21,948 nt of DNA from Breznakia sp. PF5-3. Lineage in GTDB: Bacteria; Bacillota_I; Bacilli_A; Erysipelotrichales; Erysipelotrichaceae. This document shows, piece by piece, positions 16,195-21,948 of the stretch. The stretch covers positions 1 through 21,948 of the forward strand of contig NZ_JAQFIQ010000040.1 in the NCBI RefSeq assembly GCF_029504745.1, in the 5' to 3' direction. The notes beneath the pieces were generated by a model, which saw only the letters and a list, made by a program, of their open reading frames with translations, ran no database searches and was not told where the DNA came from. Numbering within the stretch: the first letter of the stretch is position 1; each line of letters starts with the position of its first letter. The translations under genes were made by a program, and so were the position numbers.

Positions 16195-17143
16195 GTCAAT
16201 AAAAATAGTAACTTTTCTCTTTGTTGCTATGTTTGTAACCACAACGTTAGTTAGTAATGTATTTGCACAATACATAAGCAATACTGATAAAGATGATTCT
16301 GCTGGTATTGCACAATGGGGTGTAGTTACAAGTGCGAAAGGGTCTCTTTTTACTCAAAAAGATGCAACTGGAAAAAATATCATATATCCTGGAGATAAAA
16401 GTAAGGATACAGGTTTAACAATCAATATAAGTGGTACTCCTCAAGTAAATGGTGTAATAACAGCGACGGTTAAACATCAAAATATCTTTCTAGGTGCAGG
16501 ACAATGGGGTTTGATGACTAAACAAGAGGATATGTCTTCTGCAAAGTATAAAGCGAATACCTACTATACACTTAGTAATGGAAAATATGTATTAGATACA
16601 AGTAGTGTATTTACAGCAAGTAAAACATATTATATGTTAGAAAATAATGTTACTGTTGATACTAGTGGATATTGGCCAGTAAATTTTAAATTAACAGGTG
16701 AAAGTAGTACTGGATATGTTGAGTCAGATTCTAATAAAACAAAGACGGATACGCTAGATGGTGTTAGCGGTACAATTGAAGCGGCTTTGTTTGATTCGCT
16801 ATTTAAAGCAAATGAAAATCTTGCATATAAATATGGACTTCATAACCAGAGTATCACATGGGAATGGCAAAACTGTACAAGTGATTGTAGTAAGGGAATA
16901 TCCGTTATAGAAGGGGAAAGCACACCTCTTTGTGATAATTGTAAACGGGATGTAATTTTACAAAATTTGATTGATCAAAAAAATGATCCTTCCATTATAG
17001 TTGTACTTAAGGATACGACAGATACAACTGGTAAAACATTTAAGACACCAACAGCTGCAACAGAGCAAGGTGAGTACAAAGATGGTAATTATAACTTGTA
17101 TGTAAGTTTTAATTTGAAAGTTATTGCAAGTCAAGAAGATTAA
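16181..17143 (+). CDS. TasA/camelysin-like secreted protein, paralog 2
   Basis: SD GGAGGG is followed by ATG 16181, which overlaps the sipW-2 stop. The signal is MKKNKSIKIVTFLFVAMFVTTTLVSNVFAQYISNTD. Blocks are shared with paralog 1 (AQWGV, YPGD, YWPVNFKLTG, ITWEWQ, FNLKVIASQED). Confidence 0.7.
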   Translation: MKKNKSIKIVTFLFVAMFVTTTLVSNVFAQYISNTDKDDSAGIAQWGVVTSAKGSLFTQKDATGKNIIYPGDKSKDTGLTINISGTPQVNGVITATVKHQNIFLGAGQWGLMTKQEDMSSAKYKANTYYTLSNGKYVLDTSSVFTASKTYYMLENNVTVDTSGYWPVNFKLTGESSTGYVESDSNKTKTDTLDGVSGTIEAALFDSLFKANENLAYKYGLHNQSITWEWQNCTSDCSKGISVIEGESTPLCDNCKRDVILQNLIDQKNDPSIIVVLKDTTDTTGKTFKTPTAATEQGEYKDGNYNLYVSFNLKVIASQED

Positions 17144-17251
17144 TATAGCAAGGATAAAGAATAAATAAATATGAATTATAGTTGAATAAATCTAAAAAGT
17201 TAAGTTGAGGATTTGTTTCAAGTAATTCATGTTTTTTTTATGGAAAGACAA

Positions 17252-17280
17252 TTGACAGAGGTTATATGACGTGTTATGAT
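17252..17280 (+). promoter_or_regulatory. Sigma-A promoter for the GntR-family gene
   Basis: TTGACA (17252-17257), 17-nt spacer, TATGAT (17275-17280). Confidence 0.6.
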
Positions 17281-17332
17281 GTCTTTGTAAAAGGTACTAT
17301 ATTTTGATGATGAGTACAATGAAAGGAGGAGT

Positions 17333-18061
17333 ATGGGACAACTTTTAAATGATACAGGAGCACCATTATATAAACAGCTTTATGAAGCGATTATGGAAAA
17401 GATAAAGTCGGGAGAGTATAAGATGGGAGATCGTATTCCTGCAGAACCAGAGTTGATAAAAATGTATGGTGTTAGTAGAATAACAGTTCGTAATGCAATT
17501 CAACAATTGGTTGATGATAAAGTGTTGGTGAAACGACATGGAAAAGGAACATACGTGGCAATGCCCGTTTATGTGGAAAGTATGGTAGCAGAAGGGAGCT
17601 TTACCAAATCTTGTCTACAACAGGGGAAAACTCCAAGTACAAAAGTTATTCAAATCACACATGAAAAAGTTAGTGATGAAATTGCACGAAGTTTGAATGT
17701 TGAAAAGGATAAAGAAGTCATTTGTGTGGAGCGTTTACGATTAGTAGATGAAACACCCGCAATTTATGAAATCGACTATTTCATTGATAAGTTTGATTTT
17801 ATTGAACACGAAGAACTTGATAAACAACCTATATTAGATATATTGCGTAAACATACGGGAATAGTGGCACATGTATTTGAAGATATTATCGAAGTTTCAT
17901 ATGCTGATGAAAAGCAAGCAAAAAATCTAGATGTATCTGAACATGATCCATTATTGAAAGTAAATCAAACAGTTATTGATCAAAATAATCAAATTATTTA
18001 TTTCAATATACAATATATCCATAGTGACGTATATAAAATGGCGGTTCGATCATATAAATAA
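17333..18061 (+). CDS. GntR-family transcriptional regulator (HutC/UTRA subfamily)
   Basis: N-terminal wHTH PLYKQLYEAIMEKIKSGEYKMGDRIPAEPELIKMYGVSRITVRNAIQQLVDDKVLVKRHGKGTYV, followed by a UTRA-like C-terminal domain. Confidence 0.88.
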   Translation: MGQLLNDTGAPLYKQLYEAIMEKIKSGEYKMGDRIPAEPELIKMYGVSRITVRNAIQQLVDDKVLVKRHGKGTYVAMPVYVESMVAEGSFTKSCLQQGKTPSTKVIQITHEKVSDEIARSLNVEKDKEVICVERLRLVDETPAIYEIDYFIDKFDFIEHEELDKQPILDILRKHTGIVAHVFEDIIEVSYADEKQAKNLDVSEHDPLLKVNQTVIDQNNQIIYFNIQYIHSDVYKMAVRSYK

Positions 18062-18091
18062 ATATATATAATCATCATAAATAAAAAAATA

Positions 18092-18105
18092 ATCTAGTTA
18101 TAGAT
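18092..18105. promoter_or_regulatory. Candidate GntR operator upstream of the PTS operon
   Basis: Palindrome ATCTA-GTTA-TAGAT lies 34 nt upstream of the IIA start codon. Confidence 0.3.
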
Positions 18106-18138
18106 GTTTTTAGTGTACCCATTTAGAAGGAGAATAAC

Positions 18139-18546
18139 ATGAAGAGAATGGTAATCGCATCCCATGGAGAATTTGCCAATGGTATTGTAAATTCATTGAA
18201 AATGATTGCTGGAAGTAGTGCTGATGCAATTGAAGTATATACGATGAAACCTGGCGATTTAGCAGATGAATATGCAAAAGAGCTAGAAAAAGTAATTCAG
18301 AAACATCCAAATGATACCTATATAATTCTTACTGATTTATATGGCGCAAGTGTTTGTAACGCAATGCTTTCATTGAGTATTTATAAAAATGTATTTGTTG
18401 TTTCTGGAGTGAATTTGAATCTTGCATTAGCGTTATTATTGGAAAATTCACAAATTGATGAATCGTATTTGCAATCATTAATTGAAGAATCAAGAAAAGG
18501 AATGAAAATAGTATCTATGCAAGCTATAGAAAATGAGGATTTTTAA
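18139..18546 (+). CDS. PTS mannose-family EIIA component
   Basis: MKRMVIASHGEFANGI contains the phospho-His motif. Size is about 135 aa and SD GGAG is present. Confidence 0.85.
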   Translation: MKRMVIASHGEFANGIVNSLKMIAGSSADAIEVYTMKPGDLADEYAKELEKVIQKHPNDTYIILTDLYGASVCNAMLSLSIYKNVFVVSGVNLNLALALLLENSQIDESYLQSLIEESRKGMKIVSMQAIENEDF

Positions 18547-18547
18547 A

Positions 18548-19300
18548 ATGAAAATAGAGAAAGATTTTTTAGGATTATTTAAGCATAAAAAACCAATTAT
18601 TGGAATGATTCACTTAAAAGGTGATAGTGATGAAGAGGTATTAGAAAGAGCAAAAGAAGAGATATCAATCTATGTAGATAATGGCATAGATGGAATTATA
18701 ATGGAAGATTATTACGGGGATTATTATCAATTAGTGAAAGCGATTGAATATATCAAGAGTTTAAAGTTAGATGTTCCAATTGGTGTGAATTGTTTGAATA
18801 TCGATGCAATGGGATTTGAATTAGCGAATACATACAAGTTAGATTTTATTCAAATAGATTCAGTAATTGGTCATGTACAACCACGAGATGAAGCAGCTCT
18901 TCAAGAATTTCTAAAATTGTATCGTTCTAGAACAGAGGCAGCATTGATTGGCGGTGTGAGATTTAAATACCAACCAATGTTATCAACACGTACACTAGAA
19001 GAGGATTTACAAACTGCTAAACATCGTTGTGATGCAATTGCTGTAACTGAGAATGCAACAGGGCAAGAAACATCAATGGATAAAATACGAGCATTCCGAA
19101 ATGAGATTGGGAATCATCCACTTGTTGTGGCAGCGGGTGTTACTTGTGAGAATGTGACAGAGCAGTTGATGATTTGTGATGCAGCAATTGTAGGAAGCTA
19201 TTTTAAAGATACAAGAAAAGATACAGGTGATGTTAGTGCAAGACATGTGAGAGAGTTTATGGATAAAGTTAAAGAATTGAGGTGTAAACTAAATGATTAA
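18548..19300 (+). CDS. BtpA/SgcQ-family TIM-barrel protein
   Basis: KPIIGMIHLKG near the N-terminus, together with the length and pattern, is typical of BtpA/SgcQ. ATG 18548 has better SD spacing than the track start at 18533. Confidence 0.6.
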   Translation: MKIEKDFLGLFKHKKPIIGMIHLKGDSDEEVLERAKEEISIYVDNGIDGIIMEDYYGDYYQLVKAIEYIKSLKLDVPIGVNCLNIDAMGFELANTYKLDFIQIDSVIGHVQPRDEAALQEFLKLYRSRTEAALIGGVRFKYQPMLSTRTLEEDLQTAKHRCDAIAVTENATGQETSMDKIRAFRNEIGNHPLVVAAGVTCENVTEQLMICDAAIVGSYFKDTRKDTGDVSARHVREFMDKVKELRCKLND

Positions 19301-19766
19301 ATTAGTAAGAGTAGATCATCGTTTAATTCATGGACAAGTAGGTTTTTCATGGACAAAATTCTTAGAAGCAAATTGTATTTTGATTGCGAGTGATGAAATC
19401 ATGAAAGATGATTTGAAAATGACAGCAATGAAAATGGCAAAACCAAATGATGTGAAATTGGTAATGAAGTCAATCGATGACTCTGCCCAAGCGTTGAATT
19501 CAGGAGTAACAGATAAATATAAATTATTAATACTATGTGAATCTGTTGAAGATGTATATCGCTTAGCGAAAAAGACAAATACATTTAAAAAAATTAACCT
19601 TGGGGGAATGAAAAATAGAGAAGATAGAAAACAATTATCAAAAGCTGTTCATCTATCAACTGAGGATATTGAAAAAATTCATGACTTGATAAATGACGGT
19701 TATGAAATAAATGTTCAATTAGTACCTGATGATGTAGCAACAGATGTACAGAAAATATTGCCATAG
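19293..19766 (+). CDS. PTS mannose-family EIIB component
   Basis: MIKLVRVDHRLIHGQV is the signature phospho-His region of EIIB-Man. Confidence 0.88.
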   Translation: MIKLVRVDHRLIHGQVGFSWTKFLEANCILIASDEIMKDDLKMTAMKMAKPNDVKLVMKSIDDSAQALNSGVTDKYKLLILCESVEDVYRLAKKTNTFKKINLGGMKNREDRKQLSKAVHLSTEDIEKIHDLINDGYEINVQLVPDDVATDVQKILP

Positions 19767-19778
19767 AGAGGAAAAAAT

Positions 19779-20540
19779 ATGCAAATTACACAAACATTTT
19801 TAATTATATTGATAGCATTTTTTGCTTACATGCATAGTTACGTAGGGTCAACTATGCATAATCGTCCAATTGTGGTAGCACCATTGGTTGGACTTGTATT
19901 AGGAGATTTAGAGACAGGTATAAAACTTGGAGCTACATTAGAATTAGTATTTATGGGAGCTTTCCCAATTGGAGCAAGCAACCCACCAGATTTTGTTGCA
20001 GGGTCGATTATTGCGAGTGCTTATGTAATAACAACAGGACAAGATTTTACCAATGCGGTCTTATTAGCAGTACCAATTGCTACGCTTGTATTACTAATTG
20101 ATAATGTGCAAATGACAGTATTGTTAACTTGGGCATCTCATATTGCTGATAAGTTTGCACTAAAAGGAGATATCAAAGGGGTTGAGCGAACACAGATTAT
20201 TGCAGGTATTGGGAATAAGATTATATTAGCTTGTGTGGTAGGATTAGGATTTTATCTAGGTGTTCCATTCATTGAAAAAATATTAGCTTACATTCCTGAT
20301 TATGTTTCACATGGTTTAGATGTAGCAGCAGGTATTATTCCTGCGATTGGGTTTGCAATGTTAGCAAGAATGATGGTAACAAAGAAAATGGTACCATTCT
20401 TATTATTAGGCTTCTTACTAGCAGCATATATGGAAATTACAGTAGTTGGGATTGCCCTTATGGGGGTAGTGGTAGTACTTATTTATCTTAACTTTACAAA
20501 TGAATCAAAGGAGGTAGTGGAAGATGACAACGAATTCTAA
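19779..20540 (+). CDS. PTS mannose-family EIIC component
   Basis: A polytopic membrane protein of 253 aa, placed between IIB and IID. Confidence 0.85.
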   Translation: MQITQTFLIILIAFFAYMHSYVGSTMHNRPIVVAPLVGLVLGDLETGIKLGATLELVFMGAFPIGASNPPDFVAGSIIASAYVITTGQDFTNAVLLAVPIATLVLLIDNVQMTVLLTWASHIADKFALKGDIKGVERTQIIAGIGNKIILACVVGLGFYLGVPFIEKILAYIPDYVSHGLDVAAGIIPAIGFAMLARMMVTKKMVPFLLLGFLLAAYMEITVVGIALMGVVVVLIYLNFTNESKEVVEDDNEF

Positions 20541-21363
20541 AAAAGCAATTACAATTTCACCAGATAGTCAGATTACAAAGAAAGATTTTTATTCATGTTT
20601 CTTTCGCTCATTAACTTTAGATTCATCATGGAATTACGAAAGAATGCAAAACCTTGCTTATGCTTATATGATGGCACCAATTATTCGAAGATTATATACA
20701 GACGAAAAAGATCGCGCGGAAGCATTGCAAAGACATTTAGAGTTTATGTCAGTAACACCACATATTTGTACTCTTCTCGTTGGGATTTCAGGAGCTATGG
20801 AAGAAGAAAACGCTCGAAATGATGAATTTGATGCAGCTAGTATTAACGCCGTGAAATCAAGTTTGATGGGACCTATGGCTGGAGTTGGAGATTCTTTCTT
20901 TTGGGGAACTTTAAAAGTTATTGCTGCAGGTGTTGCAATCTCTTTATCTAATCAAGGTAACATTATGGGACCAATCGTATTCTTATTGATTATAAATGTT
21001 CCTCACTTTGTTTTACGTTATATCTGTTTAGATAAAGGTTTCCAATTAGGAGCAAAATTCTTTAATGATTTAGGTAATAGTGGAATTATTAGTAAAATTA
21101 CAACAGCTGCGTCCATTTTAGGGTTAATGGTAATTGGTGGTATGGCAGCATCGAATATTTATTTTGAACTTCCAATTCAAATCGGAAGTGGAGATTTCGC
21201 AGAACCACTTCAAGGATATATTGATCAGATCATGCCAGCTTTTTTTCCAGCTATGTTCTTCTTAATAATGTATTGGTTACTAGGGAAGAAAGTAAAAACA
21301 ACAACCATTCTAATAGGATTGATTGCTGTTTGTATTCTTCTTGCCGCAATGGGGGTTGTATAA
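20524..21363 (+). CDS. PTS mannose-family EIID component
   Basis: The N-terminal amphipathic region (FFRSLTLDSSWNYERMQNLAYAYMM) is typical of IID-Man, followed by a C-terminal TM region. SD AGGAGG is present and the gene overlaps the end of IIC. Confidence 0.88.
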   Translation: MTTNSKKAITISPDSQITKKDFYSCFFRSLTLDSSWNYERMQNLAYAYMMAPIIRRLYTDEKDRAEALQRHLEFMSVTPHICTLLVGISGAMEEENARNDEFDAASINAVKSSLMGPMAGVGDSFFWGTLKVIAAGVAISLSNQGNIMGPIVFLLIINVPHFVLRYICLDKGFQLGAKFFNDLGNSGIISKITTAASILGLMVIGGMAASNIYFELPIQIGSGDFAEPLQGYIDQIMPAFFPAMFFLIMYWLLGKKVKTTTILIGLIAVCILLAAMGVV

Positions 21364-21389
21364 ATTAAAAATTATATATAGAGAATTAA

Positions 21390-21417
21390 AAAAGTACTTG
21401 TAATCACAAGTACTTTT
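21390..21417. terminator. Bidirectional terminator between the PTS operon and the convergent NTF2-like gene
   Basis: 12-bp stem AAAAGTACTTGT / ACAAGTACTTTT with loop AATC. Confidence 0.8.
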
Positions 21418-21422
21418 ATACA

Positions 21423-21761
21423 TTATTCAAAAATCAGCCAAACCTCTTTGATTAAATTATTTTCAATATTGTAAATAGTAACAGCATTGATCAAAAGGTT
21501 ATCTGCTTCAGATGTGAAAGTTTGTTTGTCAATAATTTTATTACCAAGGACAATTCGCTCAGTAACATCTGAGTACAAAATTGGATGGGCAAAATGTTGA
21601 GTATAGAATTCTCTAATATTTTCTCTTCCTTCCATAAGGAGTGTTTGCTTAATTAAATTATAAATTTTCACATCTTTATCAAATGCGGCTACAAGAGCAT
21701 CTAAATCATGATTGTTGTAATCTTCTACATGTCTGCCAATAAAATCTTCGTTTGAAAACAT
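21423..21761 (-). CDS. NTF2-fold (SnoaL/steroid-isomerase-like) small protein
   Basis: A 112-aa protein. The pattern HVEDYNNHDLDALVAAFDKDVKIY is typical of NTF2-like domains. SD GAGGAGG is present. Confidence 0.55.
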   Translation of the reverse strand: MFSNEDFIGRHVEDYNNHDLDALVAAFDKDVKIYNLIKQTLLMEGRENIREFYTQHFAHPILYSDVTERIVLGNKIIDKQTFTSEADNLLINAVTIYNIENNLIKEVWLIFE

Positions 21762-21910
21762 AAGTATATCCTCCTCTATTTAAGTATATCACATTAATAT
21801 ATTATAATTAATATAGTAACACAAAAAATGAATGTAGAAATGTATTTTATGGAATAACGTAAATTGAAAAAGTAAATTCCAGTTTTAAAAAAACAGAATG
21901 ATTCTGAAAG

Positions 21911-21946
21911 AAACTTCCAGTATGACGAATAGTACAGGAAGTTTTT
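21911..21946. terminator. Terminator hairpin at the window edge
   Basis: AAACTTCC-A-GTA / TAC-A-GGAAGTTT stem followed by TTTT. It probably serves a gene beyond the window. Confidence 0.5.
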
Positions 21947-21948
21947 TG

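Noticed and set aside
12994-16281. Antisense or alternate-frame ORFs in the SipW/TasA cluster (12994-13461, 13593-13787, 14245-14472, 14702-14884, 15112-15378, 15323-15634, 15597-15848, 15882-16130, 16084-16281).
   Set aside because: Each overlaps a well-supported plus-strand CDS and lacks an SD. Their low-complexity sequences are typical of shadow ORFs.
17144-17240. A possible terminator after the second TasA-like gene: ATGAATTA / TAATTCAT followed by a T-run.
   Set aside because: The 8-bp AT-only stem encloses a loop of about 45 nt, which is too weak to call from sequence alone.
18110-20822. ORFs 18110-18310 (-), 19399-19584 (-) and 20595-20822 (+) within the PTS operon.
   Set aside because: They are embedded in confidently assigned PTS component genes and are alternate-frame artefacts.

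Overview
This is AT-rich, low-GC Firmicutes-type DNA. All calls come from reading the sequence and ORF translations by eye; no HMM, BLAST or RNA-folding run was possible.

Gene order, left to right:
- 214-2983: a BceAB-like ABC transporter.
- 3101-5758: a P-type (Ca2+-type) cation ATPase.
- 5855-5928: tRNA-Trp(CCA).
- About 5929-10050: a roughly 4.1 kb islet integrated at that tRNA.
- 10303-12239: two convergent lipoprotein genes and small membrane ORFs.
- 12647-17143: a duplicated SipW-type signal peptidase / TasA-like secreted-fibre cluster that includes a sortase-anchored paralog.
- 17333-21363: a GntR regulator with a mannose-family PTS operon (IIA, BtpA/SgcQ-like, IIB, IIC, IID).
- 21423-21761: an NTF2-like gene on the minus strand.

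The tRNA islet is the most interesting region. It carries:
- a decayed integrase remnant;
- a DUF4238-like protein on the minus strand;
- a 576-bp divergent intergenic region with a near-consensus promoter and a conspicuously GC-rich, multi-hairpin candidate ncRNA;
- a small SD-preceded hydrophobic ORF whose ribosome-binding site can be sequestered;
- a 392-aa retron-type reverse transcriptase (NAxxH, YVDD and VTG-like ITG motifs);
- a frameshifted zinc-ribbon gene;
- a degenerate copy of the tRNA 3' end that marks the far border.

I read this as a retron-like defence module whose effector partner is unclear. DUF4238 is not a retron effector I can place in the established retron types. The ncRNA also lacks an obvious canonical a1/a2 pair next to its long hairpin.
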